Origin: Macrostomum hystrix
Lineage: Eukaryota; Animalia; Platyhelminthes
DNA: 64,000 nt
Assembly: GCA_950097015.1 (NCBI GenBank)
Contig: CATNEN010000007.1
Coordinates: forward strand, 620,001 to 684,000
Direction of reading: 5' to 3'
The stretch's first letter is position 1. Each line of letters starts with the position of its first letter. The notes under the pieces were generated by a model. The model made no database searches. It saw nothing but the letters and a program-made list of their open reading frames with translations, and was not told where the DNA came from. Of the stretch, positions 1 through 13,692 are shown piece after piece. The position numbers and the translations under genes are program-made.

Positions 1-1453
1 CCGAAAATTTATCAATGCAGGCGCGTCACCGAACAATTCCGCGACCTGATGAAGAAGGCCAAGAATCTTCTTGGCGCCGATGGCAAGAAGTTCCACGACA
101 TCTGGTTGATGAACGAGGAGGAAGCCAAGCGCCTAGCCGAGCGTCTGCTAGCCGCAGACCGAGTGCTTCACGAGCAGCAGCTCGGCATTCCGTGGTCTGA
201 GCCCGAGTGCACCTTCCTAGACAACGTCGGTCCGGTCGTTAGCGCCGCCGACCGTGCCAAGAGTGTCCCAGTCGCGCAAGTTGTTCGCGACATGCTCAGC
301 CGCGAGGGCGGTGACGGTCCCGGCCTTGAACAGTTAAGCTCAGTGGATGAGGCCCGTGGCCTAGCCGCCCGTGAGCTCAACCCGTCCGTGGTGCGCTCTG
401 TGCTGGAGCTCGTCTGCGACGAGGCCGGCTTCCTCATCGAGAAGAAGCTGAAGACGTTGCTGGCTCCGTTAGACAAGGACGAGCGCAGCCTGATGCAGCT
501 GGACGCGGTGTTCTCCGCTCTCGGTATCACCTCAGAGGAGGAGATCGACCGGATGCTACCCTACTTTCTGCAGGACGGCGACGCCGAGGAGTCGCCAGAA
601 GACGATCCAGAAAAGGAGGGAGCTGTGGGCGGCGGCGGCGGCTCAGAGGCCGGCTCCGGGGAAGAAGAGATTCGGCGAATCGTGTCACCCACGGACGGCT
701 CCAAGGTGACCTTGATTCACCCCAATCGAGTGCGACGAGCTCTGCGAAGCTTCGTCCAGGTGAGATGGCATCGGGACATTAGCTTGTGCAGCCGGTCTAA
801 ACTGGTAACTTGGGTTCCAGAAGGTGTCGGAGTCTTGCACAGGCCATTTGTTATGTTGAGTTACTGAGTTAAAAAAGCGAATTTTAACCCTTCATTAATC
901 ACTGCGAAAGGTTATGCTTCGCTCATGTAGCCCCAGCCCGTATTGTTGGCTCAAGCTTAGTGTATGAGTACTACAGTTATGAAGGACGTCCTTGACTTGG
1001 CTTACCAGGAACTTCAGCGCAACCACCAACAGCGCCAGCGTCAGGGCCAGGGCGGCGGCCAACAGCAGTTCACGCTGAAGGACATCGAAGAGCGCGACGA
1101 CTCCGAGGACGCGGCCTATTGGGCCAGATTTGGCTCGCTGATCGACTCCGATAAGGAAGCATTGTGGGACGCCCTCCTGGCGGGCATGGAGAAGTACAGC
1201 GGCGTGCTGCAGAGCCGTGCCAGCCTGCTAAACGAGACGGACGCCCTGCGGCTGCAGAACGCCGAGCTGAGGCACCTGCTGCAGCAGTACGTCACCTCCA
1301 AGGTGGGTGAAACAGTCTTCATATGCAATTTACACACACGAGGGAATGCCGATTGAGTGCCTTAATTGACGCACATATCGAAAACCCTTTCAGGTGAACC
1401 AGGAGCTCGAGATTCCGCCCACACGAGTGATGCAGCTGGATCGATTGGGTTGA
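1..1453 (+). CDS. DRC1: Dynein regulatory complex subunit 1 (CCDC164), 3' part; exons <1-759, 1009-1302, 1394-1453
   Basis: Motifs FHDIWLMNEEEAK..ADRVLHEQQLGIPW and C-terminal YW..LWDALLAGMEKY..VLQSRASLLNETDALRLQNAELRHLLQQY..KVNQELEIPPT. Two phase-0 GT-AG introns join the ORFs in frame. AATAAA overlaps the TGA (1453-1458). Confidence 0.88.
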
Positions 1454-1458
1454 ATAAA
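1453..1458 (+). terminator. Polyadenylation signal AATAAA overlapping the DRC1 stop codon (second AATAAA near 1530)
   Basis: Sequence TGAATAAA at 1451-1458. Confidence 0.5.
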
Positions 1459-2136
1459 GCTTCATCGTGGCCTCATCAATGGATCCAGATTTTTTACCTT
1501 TCTAAATATTTTTTAATTTCGTGACATGAAATAAAACTTATTACTTTTCGCAAGCACTTGAATACAGAGACGTACTTTATAGATCAGAGTGAAGTTGTGC
1601 GGAAAATTCTTTCTTTTCTCTGTTTGTTATATAGCTCAGTGTGTGAAATAACTCGACTCTCTAACAGGTCTTTGTGATACCTTGATGCTCTACGCTTATA
1701 AATTTTCTATTATCTATTCTGGAAAAAAGTCCCTTAAAAAGAAAAAAAATAAATGCGACATTTTTTTATTACGAGGTACTTTAACAGAAAAATTAGCTCC
1801 TAAAAAGAATTTGTGTTACGATAATTTCTTTTTGCACTTTAGTTTCTTTTTTTCGCAGTTTTAGTGCGATCATAAAACTTAATTAAAAATTCAGGAAGGT
1901 AGACATTCCGCTTTTATGCGCTATAAATATTGCGATAATTTATCATCAAAGGTCTATGTCCGAAGGACATTTCAGATTGCATGAGTCATCAGTTTCGCTA
2001 ATCGTCGAAGGAAAAATTTGTGCCTGCTGCATTCTGAAATCTGCAGCCAACTTGGTGCTGCATTCGCCCCATCCAGCCAGTTGAAATCATATCTTGGCGA
2101 CACATCCTTAGTCCTTAGCCCCGTGCTCGTCGTCAA

Positions 2137-2790
2137 ATGACCACAGATAAGCAGCGAGTAGCCGAGAAGCTGAAAGTTAAACAGGCGAATGGCGAGCAGG
2201 CTGTTGTCTTTGTCACGGGCAACAAAGGCAAGCTGGAGGATTTCCAGTGGCTGTTGAAGGACTGTCAGCTGACCGATGCGTTCAAGATGACGGACCTCGA
2301 CCTTGTGGAGCTGCAGGGCACACATCAGGAGATCGCCGCGGAGAAGTGCCGCATGGCTGCCCAGCTGCTGGCTGGTCCGCCCGTGCTAATCGAGGACACT
2401 AGTCTGGAGCTGACGGCTCTGAATGGCCTGCCCGGGCCGTACATCAAGTGGTTCTGGAAGGAGTTGAAAAACGACCGTCTGCCCAGTCTGTTGGCGGCCT
2501 ACTCTGACAAGTCGGCCGTAGCAAAATCAATCGTGGCTTACTGTCCGGGGCCCGGGAAGCAGGTGAGCCTGTTTCACGGCGAGTGCCGGGGCCGCCTGCT
2601 GGCCGAGCCGCGCGGTCCTCCAGTGCACGGCTGGCTGCCGCTGTTCGTGCCGGACGGTCAGGACCGGAGCCTGGCCGAGATGGAGCCAGTCGAGCGGTAC
2701 CGTTATCACCACAGGGCGAAGGCATTTGCCAGCTTTTTCACCTTCTTTGCGAACAGTAAAGATGATGTGCAACGAAAGTGTCGCCAGTGA
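2137..2790 (+). CDS. ITPA: Inosine triphosphate pyrophosphatase (HAM1/ITPase family), intronless, divergent substrate pocket, 217 aa
   Basis: Motifs FVTGNKGKL, DLVELQG, EKC, VLIEDTSL, LNGLPGPYIKWF, FHGECRGRL. The usual FGWD and SHR motifs read HGWL and HHR. Confidence 0.9.
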   Translation: MTTDKQRVAEKLKVKQANGEQAVVFVTGNKGKLEDFQWLLKDCQLTDAFKMTDLDLVELQGTHQEIAAEKCRMAAQLLAGPPVLIEDTSLELTALNGLPGPYIKWFWKELKNDRLPSLLAAYSDKSAVAKSIVAYCPGPGKQVSLFHGECRGRLLAEPRGPPVHGWLPLFVPDGQDRSLAEMEPVERYRYHHRAKAFASFFTFFANSKDDVQRKCRQ

Positions 2791-5700
2791 TGTACATTGC
2801 ATTCAGAAACTTTCTGGCATAATTTGCGTTAAAAAATGATTTTGAACTCATCGCTACTACCTCTGCGAAAATTCATTTGAAGTAGATTAAAATTATCAGT
2901 CGCGGATTGGCCTTAGTCGTTGGAAATGCCCTTTGTATCAGCGGCGTATGGCTTAAGCCTGCATGCTTGCATGGGGGTGCGCGTGAAAGTCTCAAATTTC
3001 GGAGGATTCTGGTCAATACAGTGCAGTGGATGTGTCAGATCTATACCGTGAAAAAGACCAATACGCTTCATGAACTAGTGCAAAAAATTACAACATTTTG
3101 CCATTTAGAGAAAATTGATGTAATCGCTTATATCTTACTTTTAATTTGCCTAATTTCTTATTCCTTCTCGAATTTCGTTTTTTGTTTTTAGCCAAAAAAC
3201 AACTAATTGATGCTGCCGATTCACAAAAGTTCATGAATATCTAGATGTCGTTGCATGATAATTATGTTATAACAGCAACCTGTCTTGGCTTCGCCCAGCA
3301 GGAGACGCTGTAGTTTTTAGTTGAGTTTTATTAAACCACACAGCATTAAAATCACGATAAACACCGCAAGGCGCAAGCAACTTTAGAGATGTTTACCGTG
3401 CAGTAAATCTGATCGATAAAAAACTTTTGTCTTTATTTTACATCGAGAGCTTGCAAGTTTAAATTTTATCTAAATCCTAAGCAAAGAAAAAAGTTTGTTA
3501 GAAACACTAACCACATGATTCGTCGACGCAATCTTAAACATATACGCGAGAAAGTGCATGGACCTTGTTTACTTGAAGATTAAACTTATGCGTACTTTAC
3601 TTATATGCTCAAATTAAATCGCGCACGCATGTCAAACACTGAAGGTGTTTAATTATTTTAAGACTCGATTCTCTCTCGTATGTATTCCTAACAAATTCAT
3701 TGTAATGGTATGTTAGGTGTTAAAACTGGATTTACATGTTACTGGTAGAAATACCAGGATATCAACCTGATTTAAAAATCTAGTAACTAGGCCCTAGACC
3801 CAGTTTTTTGTCCAGTTTTGATGTGTTTCCAGATTTGTATAGACCCCCTATTTTTGGTTGAAATACTGGGATATTGCCTGTTTTCAATAGCAATCTATAT
3901 TTGTGTTTGTTGGAGGGCTCTTTCTTATTATTTAACTTCAGCAGTATTTAACCAGTATAACACAATTTTTCTTATTAGAGTATTTGTTATCTCTATTGTA
4001 GCATGTGAGTGTCTGAGCAGTAAGACACTTTCTATTTATTAATATGAATAACACCTAGGCCCTAGATGTATATTTTACTTCGTGCTGGTTATAATAGTGA
4101 CAGTCTTATTTAATTTCCAGTCCCAATGCTGATGCAGGGCTACCAATAGATCGGAGGGTATAAGTTACCCACACACTTACTAGGCCCTATGGAAATACTT
4201 GTTCTTTCCTCATCCTGTATAGGCTTGTTTATTTATTGCAATCCCTTTATAGGTTAGGCCTATGCCTTTATCACACCCTTTATAGGCTTATGCACACTTA
4301 TTTCAGATCCAACCCTTTTTCTTACTGTGTAATACAACTTCTGTTGTCTAAAGTTATAGCTTTCCAGCTTTATAAAGAATTAGCCTAATAAGGTTTTGAA
4401 ACTTTGTCTCTATGGAACTTTGAGAACATCCGTTCACACGTCTGCAAGTTGGGTTTTCTATTCCCAAAAATGGGTATATATATAATAGAGTGGATGGGTG
4501 GTTTCCCGGTGCATTATAACAATTGGTGCATTCAAACAAATATGCACCAAATATTAAATTACTTCTCTTGTTCGTGTAAATTTAAAAAAGAAAATTACAG
4601 TAGAATTATTTACCTAATGTATTACATGTTTATGATTTTTCAAGCTGGATAATTCCATGAGATAACAGTTGTTGTGTTGGTGTACGTAATAATCATTATT
4701 TGTACCAAAGACAAATGAACTTGAGACTTTGCATGTTCTATATTGATGGGCGTGACCTCTAGATGAAAAAAATATTTTTATTTACTGTGTTAATGTAGCA
4801 GACAGAAACTTTCAGTGATGGTCGTTTTTGGTGAAAGTTGACATTGTAGCTGACTTGCTAAAAATGTTGCTAGTTGAATTCAAGAGTCAGCAAAAGCTTG
4901 AGCTTGTTTATTTAGTTTTGTTGTGGGGTTACATTTAAGTCTTAATCGGGCAACTATACCTAATGATAACAAGGGTCATAGACAAATAAGCAGTGAGGGG
5001 GAAATAAAAGTACCATTTGAATCTTTAGATATTGAGAGTTAAAAGAAAGAAGTGAATTTACTGTTACAACATATTCACATTTTCAATGTAAGTTCAAGAT
5101 TCTTGCAAATCAGGCAAGTTTTTGTCTCAATCAGTCATTCATTGTAGTAAACAATATTAGCTAGATAAACAGTTATAAACAAATTTCACATGTTAGTAAC
5201 CAGTTTTAAGTGTGTTGCACATTTTTTCTTAGATGACGGTCATTGGACTGATGGTCATTTGTTTCAAAAAAGGACCATCATTTTTTACAACAGCATAAGG
5301 AATCTCTCTATTTTGGATAATATCTTGGTTTTAAGATTGTTTATAACTAATATTAGTTCCAATAAAAATATTTAATGCTTTTCTAACCATAGGGTAATGT
5401 ATCATCATTTTTAGCATTTGAAAGGGAGCATTTTTATCATATACCCTAATACTAAGTTTTTTTTCAGAATATGCTGTTTAATTTCTATAAACTGTTTACA
5501 GGCTTTGTACTTAATTTAATGAAGTTTATACTACCCTGGTCTTAACTATGCTACATTAGCCTTATCAGGGCAGATTTTTTCAATATCTGCTCATTGCAAA
5601 CTGTCTAGTTCTAAACATATTTGATCTTGACCTAGTTGAGTGCCATTATTTTGCAGAAGCATTGAAATGATAAGCTTGTGCTTGTACTTTCCTCATTTGT

Positions 5701-6424
5701 TATTATGTCAGTACTATTTTTTTGCTACAGCCACTATATTTACCTTTAAGTATCAGTGTAGTTTATAACTTATAATTAAAGTAACTTTAATACAGGCATG
5801 TGCTGCATGCATGACCCACTGCATGTTCTGTATAGAGTTTTTCTTAGACTGATTATAAAATAACATGGGTGTGTATGTTCTGCAATCTGGCACTTACTGT
5901 GAAACACAAGACTGCTTCAGCTCTCACTCCCTCTGCAGAATATCGAAAATTCCTTATCTGATTCTGTGTTAGCACTTAGCAGTATTCCTATTTATCTGCT
6001 GTCTCACACATTTCAGTTGTAGAGTAGGGAGTTGAGCTAATAATCACATTCCTGAAATATGATTATGCCGTAATACCTGACTGTATTATGGTAACGATTA
6101 TTAAATATGCTTTGCTAATCTAGGATCTGACCAAACCTGACTAATTCCAGTTCCCTGTGGTCATCAACTAAGTCCGGCCGGGCGCAGAACAGGACTAGTG
6201 TTAAAATAGAACAAAAGCAATTTTCTGCAGTACCAACACATCCTTCGCCCTTTCCTAGTTCTCAAAAGCTAACAAATCAGACTCTTGTTTCATCTACGAT
6301 TAGCGTTTTACAAATTTGACACTGCCACTACTTCTGAACTTCCAACGAAGTCTTTCCTGTCCACATTGCTGTAATTTCTTCCTCTACTCTCTAGAGCTTT
6401 AGTTAGAGAATACACTACTCAAGC

Positions 6425-9400
6425 ATGTCGCGTGGTGTCAGTGACGATCCTAACTTTATCAACGAGGATGACTTCGTTGACCAGCAGCTGGTTGATGAGG
6501 ATCCCATTGAAGATGTTGCTGGTGGTGGTGATGGCAGCGCACTGGTAAGCTCATTGTGCCTTGTCTAACAGTATGCGTGAGATTTTGAGACCTCATCTTG
6601 TTGAGTTGGGGTGAGATTTTGAGACCGTGTCTTTTTGAGTTGGGGTGAGATTTTGAGACCGTGTCGTTTTGAGTTGGGGTGAGATTTTAAGACCGTGTCT
6701 TTTTGAGTTGGGGTGAGATTTTGAGACCGTGTCTTTTTGAGTTGGGGTGAGATTTTGAGACCGTGTCGTTTTGAGTTGGGGTGAGATTTTAAGACCGTGT
6801 CTTTTTGAGTTGGGGTGAGATTTTGAGACCGTGTCTTTTTTGAGTTGGGGTGAGATATTGAGACCGTGTCTTTTTGAGTGGGGTGAGATTTTAAGACCGT
6901 GTCATTTTGAGTTGGGGTGAGATTTTAAGACCGTGTCTTTTTGAGTTGGGTGAGATTTTGAGACCGTTTCGTTTTGAGTTGGGGTGAGATTTTGAGACCG
7001 TGTCGTTTTGAGTTGGGGTGAGATTTTAAGACCGTGTCTTTTTGAGTTGGGGTGAGATTTTGAGACCGTGTCTTTTTGAGTTAGATGAGATTTTGAGACC
7101 GTGTCTTTTTTGAGTTGGGGTGAGATATTGAGACCGTGTCTTTTTTGAGTTGGGGTGAGATTTTGAGACGGGTCAACTATTGATTTCACTTCACATCACA
7201 TCATTGAAGTAGAACCTAAGCCTAGCTCGAGTCATCACCCCACATCTGATTCCTTGCCCAGGTGGCCGAAGACCCGCCCGAGTCCATGGCTCGCGAGTTG
7301 CGGGTTTTCAAGCGCGCCAAGCGGCATCATCGCGTGTCCTTCCCCGGCGCCATGGCAACCGTAGTTGGCTCCGGCGCCGGCCTGGCGCATAATTTCCATC
7401 CGCATCACCCGATCGGGGAGAACGGAACCGGTGTCGGCTCCTCCGAGATCGTCGCCTCGTCGTCCGGCGGTGCAGCAGCCGCGGCCGCGGCGGCCGCGCT
7501 CGGCAAGAACAGCCGCAAGAGCCGCACCGGCCTTCGCGGCCTGCCAAAGAAGGGCGGCGCCGGCGGCAAAGGAGTCTGGGGCCGGCCTGGCAGCGAGCTG
7601 GACGCCGTCGATGTGCTGGACGAGAACGACCCCAACTATGACTCGGACAATCCCGACGCTGTCCGACTGCAGCTGACGGTGCCGCAGCTGACGCTGGAGC
7701 AGTTCGAAGCCCAGTTTACCGCTCTGGTTAAGGAGTACTTTGAGCACGGCCAAGCTAAGGAGGTGAGTGTGGGAGAATGGTTGTACCTGTTAGACACCAT
7801 GGTTGTACCGTGTTAGACACCATGGTTGTACCTGTTAGACACCATGGTTGTACCTGTTAGACACCATGGTTGTACCTGTTAGACACCATGGTTGTACCTG
7901 TTAGACACCATGGTTGTACCTGTTAGACACCATGGTTGTACCTGTTAGACACCATGGTTGTACCTGTTAGACACCATGGTTGTACCTGTTAGACACCATG
8001 GTTGTACCTGTTAGACACCATGGTTGTACCTGTTAGACACCATGGTTGTACCTGTTAGACACCATGGTTGTACTTGTTAGACACCATGATTTTACGTGTT
8101 AGATACTATGGTTGTACCTGTTACATACTATGGTTGTATCTGTTACATACTATGGTTGTACGAGCGTACCTGTTAGACACCATGATTGTACGTGTTAGAT
8201 ACTATGGTTGTACCTGTTACATACTATGGTTGTACCTGTTACATACTATGGTTGTACCTGTTACATACTATGGTTGTACCTGTTACATACTATGGTTGTA
8301 CCTGTTACATACTATGGTTGTACCTGTTACATACTATGGTTGTACCTGTTAGATACTATGGTTGTACCTGTTAGATACTATGGTTGTACGAGCGTACCTG
8401 TTAGACACCATGATTGTACGTGTTAGATACTATGGTTGTACCTGTTACATACTATGGTTGTACCTGTTACATGCATACTATGGTTGTACCTGTTACATAC
8501 TATGGTTGTACCTGTTACATACTATGGTTGTACCTGTTAGATACTATGGTTGTACCTGTTAGATACTATGGTTGTACCTGTTAGATACTATGGTTTTACC
8601 TGTTAGATACTATGGTTGTACCTGTTAGATACTATGGTTGTACCTGTTACATACTATGGTTGTACCTGTTACATGCATACTATGGTTGTACCTGTTACAT
8701 ACTATGGTTGTACCTGTTACATACTATGGTTGTACCTGTAAGATACTATGGTTGTACCTGTTAGATACTATGGTTGTACCTGTTAGATACTATGGTTTTA
8801 CCTGTTAGATACTATGGTTGTACGTGCGTGTGTGCTCAGGAGTCAGTGAAATGGGCAGAATTGCCTCCTCACTGGCTGCGGGTCAAGTGTCACCAAATGA
8901 TATGCCATTGGCAGCAGCCCTCCTGCAATTATTATTATTGTTATTTGTGGTTGGTTGTACATGTTAGACACACGGCAGTTGAACATTTTAGATGGAAATT
9001 TTTGTTTCATGTTTTCCTTCAGCATGGGATCAAAGTTAATATTTTCCCCTAACGCTGTCCCCGCCGCCGCAGGTGATCTCGCAGCTGCGGGATCTTCGCA
9101 CCACCCCGCAGCACCGGGAGCGGATTCCCTACCTGGCTGTCAGCGCCAGCCTGCAGCGCAATGCCCTGCAGCGCGAGCTGACCTCCCAGCTGCTCGGCAG
9201 CATGGTTGGCCCGGCCGTGTCCAGCGAAGAGCTGGCCCGCGGCTTCGACATCGTCCTGAAGGAGGTGGACGATTTAACCATCGACCTGCCTGACGCTCCG
9301 GATATGATTGGCAAATTCATTGCCAGAGCCATTGCGGACGACCTGCTGCCTCCTAAATTTGTGGCCACTTACAAGGGCCGGGTTGACAGCGCCAATACTA

Positions 9401-10031
9401 TGAAGGCCCTAGCCAAGGCTGAGAATCTACTCACCATGACTCACAGCATGTACTGCCTGGATAAGGTGAGTCCTGATGAGCTTCTTTTTTTAATTAGATT
9501 GTTTTAACTTTCCCTGCAAACCTCACACAATGACCCACCGAAAATCAGGTCTGGGGCGTCTCGGGCCACGGCCTAGCCCGCCCAACCAAGCACCTGGTGA
9601 AGAAGATGAAGCTGCTGCTTGACGAGTATCTGTCTAGCAACGATGTGGACGAGGCCGCCCGCTGCGTCAAGGAGCTGGAGGCGCCGCACTTCAATCACGA
9701 GCTGGTGTACCAGGCGGTTGTCATGGTGATCGAGCGCAGCACCATGGAGGTCTGCCATCGCGTCTGCCGCCTGATCGCCGCCCTGTCCGAGTCCGTGCTG
9801 CTCACTGTCGATCAGCTCGAGAAGGGCCTCCGCCGAGTCTACGCCGACATTCCGGACATCCAGCTGGACGTGCCCAACGCCTACCTGCTGCTGGAGCGCT
9901 TCTGCCTGCAGGCCAGCAAGACCGGCTTCCTGACTGGCCGGCTGCAGCAGGAGATGCCGACGAAGGGTCGCAAGAGATTCGTTTCCGAGGGCGACGGAGG
10001 CCTGGTTAAGCCGCGCCTGCCGCCGCTCTGA
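6425..10031 (+). CDS. PDCD4: Programmed cell death 4 (two MA3 domains); exons 6425-6544, 7262-7762, 9073-9465, 9549-10031; ~498 aa
   Basis: Motifs GLPKKGGAGGKGVWG, DENDPNYD, KEYFEHG, PDAPDMIGKFIARAIADD, PHFNHELVYQA, DIQLDVPNAY and GRKRFVSEGDGG. Three phase-0 GT-AG introns keep the frame. Confidence 0.93.
6577..7170. repeat. Minisatellite, ~34-bp unit GAGTTGGGGTGAGATTTTGAGACCGTGTCTTTTT, in PDCD4 intron 1
   Basis: About 17 near-identical head-to-tail copies with no spacers. Confidence 0.95.
7777..8822. repeat. Minisatellite, 22-bp unit GGTTGTACCTGTTAGA(C/T)AC(C/T)AT, in PDCD4 intron 2
   Basis: Tandem copies start ~15 nt after the donor. Variant blocks (AGACACC, ACATACT, AGATACT) are visible. 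Confidence 0.95.
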
Positions 10032-12475
10032 GACTGTGCTCAGAGAGTGCTCAGCTGGGGGTTGGGACGCCCGTCAGCTGAGTGAGCCAGTTCCTAACTA
10101 TTCTTTTAATTTCCGTTTCTTCGCTTGGTTTCACCCATAGAAGTTAATAGATAGGTTTCCATGGCAACAGAGTTAGATGCCTGCGAGTTTTCAATGGTTT
10201 TAATAGCGGTGAGAAGATATTATGCTAGTTGTTAATTGTGTGAAATGAAAAAAACTCAATTCCCTCCCCTGCCCGATCATTGTCATACTTTCTTCCCCAC
10301 GGCTGTTGCCGTTGGCCATACTTTTTTAACTCATTTTATTTCTGTATTTGTGGTGTTCGCAACCTGCAGTTTTGTTAATACACTGTGGTTTCTGGCATCG
10401 CCCGTTCTCGTACAAGCTTATCAACCATTCTTGTTCCGAGTGTTTCCAGGGTCCTTTATCCACCTATTTTGCACCTATATATTCTCAGCCAGTCACTTTT
10501 CCTCCCCTACTTAGTAGGGTCTCACGCTCCCTGGTTCATGCGAGTCTGTCACCCCCTGCTGTCACATTTGTCATCCTGCGGTGTGGCTCAGTCTGCGCTA
10601 TCAACATTTATCTTGGTTTTGCCATCTGAAAGTCCTCCTAGTAGACTAGACTGATTTTGTTCTCATTATTTTTGTTGGCCTATATTTTTCTGATTCTGAG
10701 TCTGAGCAGCCCGGTAAGAGCAGAAGTTGAGCCTTTTTTCAAAGCAGAAAGCACCTGCCCAGCTTGAGTTGTTTGTTTTATTTGGAGTTAAAATTGCAAA
10801 AAATAAGCTAAATCCTGTTGAATCCATTGTAAATATCTGATAAATCATTAAACTATTATTATCGACTTTCTCCTTTACCAATAAATCTTTCGCTTTCGTT
10901 AAACTGCCCATCAACTTTTCTGTGTAATTATTATATTTAATAACGTTTAATATATATACTGTAATGCCCATAAATATGTAGTCTGTCCTAGACTTATCCA
11001 ATTTTGTCCTTGAAGAAACATGCAGCTGAGTCGGTTACGCACTGCATGTGAATTTCGGTTAATAAAGTTACTAGCAAAACTGATTTTTAATAAAATTAAG
11101 TTATTTAAGCCGTCTTTTTCGATCCATTATCGGTCGTTATTATAATGGTCGTTATCGACCATTATCGATATATATCGATCCATTATTCGATCCGTATGCA
11201 AAGCTTGTTAATTATTTTCATCCTCTCGGTATTCAGTACTGTTCTATAAGCAACCCAGTTAATTTAACCCATCTGCGTGTTCTGTCTCCTTCCCACCTTT
11301 CCCCCTCATATTGTGTCATTTGAATATGTTATAAAAATAGTCGAATATACTACTATCGCTACTGTGAGTAGAGTGAGTAGCTATTTTCTGTGCAAGCTGG
11401 CTGTTAAAGATCTGATTGAAGGAAAATTCATTGAAAACCGTGACAAAATACTCGGACTGTGTACCAGCTATTCGTGTTTAGACACGTTCAGTTATTTTTT
11501 AATATAAATCTCAGATTTATTTATTAAGGAAAATAAAAACATTGTTTATCAGCACAGAGCATGCAATGCCTTATGTACATCCGAGCACACAAATATGCTA
11601 AATGGGTCGTTACCATCGTCAATAGTGAAAGTAAGTTGCTTATAAAAGATTTTAGTTAAGGCAGGATCGAATGAGGGAAGGCAAGGCAATACTGTTTTCA
11701 GGAAGTAGAAACTTTAGAAAAATACATAACATATGCCTATCTGCATATAACACAATATTGAGAACACTTAAAAACAAGGCCGGTACTACTAGAACAGTAG
11801 TAATTTGTGCATATCGAGCAGGTGAAAGCAATGTGACTGAAAATGAAATATGTTTTTTACTATTTGTTTACCTTGTATGTATTTATAGGCATGGGTACTG
11901 ATTGGATCTATAAAGGTTCGTTTAAAACTGTTGAACAATTTTCCGTTTGAAACAGTCACAGAAATACAGTCAGCAGACTACAGGTAAAAAGCAACAAGCA
12001 GAAAATAAGAAAATTGTTATATTTGGATCCCTGCGAAATGACTGCTAAAGGTACTCTGATAATACCCTGTATTAGTTGTTAGTTAAGCACACATGTAAAA
12101 AATATTTAAAACTGAACAAGGCAGCAGTTGAGATACAGCAAACGTTAGCCAATTTGTTCTTGACTTGCAACAGAGGAAAAAAGCACGAAAAAACGCTGAG
12201 ATAATGGAAGACTAAGCTAGCACAAGCGAAGAAAATGTAAGCAAATGGGGAAGACTAATAGAGAAAGTTTGATATGCAACAGCAGATCTGACTGGTGAAA
12301 TAAAAGCTGGCTCGCGTGTGCTCTGTATTGATCTGGCCTCAACTAAACATTTATGTAGCGCTAAAAACATTGCCGAACAGAACTAGCTCCAGCAGAAAAA
12401 TAAAATCCTTAGGGATATGACAGAGAGAGGAGGCAGCGGCAGACGGGAAGAGAAGGCAGGGGGAGAGACGCGGAA

Positions 12476-12670
12476 AACGCGGAGGCAGGGGAAGAAGGGA
12501 GGCATGGTGAGAGGAGGCAGGGGAAGAAGGGAGGCATGGTGAGAGGAGGCAGGGGAAGAAGGGAGGCATGGTGAGAGGAGGCAGGGGAAGAAGGGAGGCA
12601 TGGTGAGAGGAGGCAGGGGAAGAAGGGAGGCATGGTGAGAGGAGGCAGGGGAAGAAGGGAGGCATGGTTA
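12476..12670. repeat. Purine-rich minisatellite, 32-bp unit GAGGCAGGGGAAGAAGGGAGGCATGGTGAGAG
   Basis: About 6 tandem copies. Confidence 0.9.
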
Positions 12671-13081
12671 GAAGAGCAGGGGGAGTAGGCAGGGGAGACG
12701 AGGCGGGGAGGACTATTAGAAGTAGCAACCATAGAGAAGAGAAATGAAAGTATATATTGTTCGGCTGCTTAATACAAATAAATAAATGAGAACTCTACGC
12801 TTAATTTCTTACTGACTCATAGAGTGAACCTGAACGGACGTGACAATGAAATAAAACATTAAAACAAATCACATAAATTAAGAAAAATAAGGACTGCCAA
12901 AATAAAAACATAGAAATTTCCAGCATCGCCAGTTATTAATAACTAAAGATAATGTCACAAAGTCTGACATATAAACCAGAGCCAGATATTCAGGATTAAA
13001 AGCAAATACGAAATCGTGCGACGCGTTAATTGTTTAGTAAAATAAACCATTCACAGCTGAAAGTGTGAGAAAAACGCGCGA

Positions 13082-13173
13082 AGTTGCAGGGTTGTTGCAG
13101 GGTTGTTGCAGGGTTGTTGCAGGGTTGTTGCAGGGTTGTTGCAGGGTTGTTGCAGGGTTGTTGCAGGGTTGTT
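13082..13173. repeat. 11-bp tandem repeat GCAGGGTTGTT
   Basis: About 8 copies. Confidence 0.9.
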
Positions 13174-13357
13174 GAAGCGACAAAGGTAGACTCAGCTGCT
13201 GGCACAGGTGATAATTTGAGGAAGCATTTGCTGATTGTGGATATAAAACCCAATGACTTCAGCTTGAGATCGCAATGATGCAGAAGAAATAAAATTACTG
13301 AATAAAATAATTACTGAATATGCGATAAAAGACAAGGGTTCTCACCTGGTCTCAAAT

Positions 13358-13583
13358 GGGTTTAGTTAGGGGTTTGAACAGGTCTCTAATAGGTTTCGTT
13401 AGGGGTTTGAACAGGTCTCTAATAGGTTTAGTTAGGGTTTTGAACAGGTCTCTAATAGGTTTAGTTAGGGTTTTGAACAGGTCTCTAATAGGTTTAGTTA
13501 GGGTTTTGAACAGGTCTCTAATAGGTTTAGTTAGGGTTTTGAACAGGTCTCTAATAGGTTTCGTTAGGGATTTGAACAGGTCT
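13358..13583. repeat. 33-bp tandem repeat GGGTTTTGAACAGGTCTCTAATAGGTTTAGTTA
   Basis: About 7 copies, just downstream of the SPECC1-like stop codon. Confidence 0.9.
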
Positions 13584-13692
13584 GTAACGCACGGGTTTGG
13601 CAAGAGTGAAGCAGTTAGGTGATCCGCAGCAAGATACGAGTGTATAAAAAGGTCCAATCAGACTGATCCGTGCAGTCAACAATAGCCCAGGG

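Noticed and set aside
2907-6400. Short ORFs in the AT-rich region between ITPA and PDCD4
   Set aside because: No motifs, AT-rich codon usage unlike real exons here, and no consistent splice chain found.
6577-8822. CRISPR-like appearance of regularly spaced 22-34-bp repeats (also 25222-27138 and 63238-64000)
   Set aside because: Units are head-to-tail with no unique spacers, lie in eukaryotic introns or intergenic DNA, and no cas genes are present.
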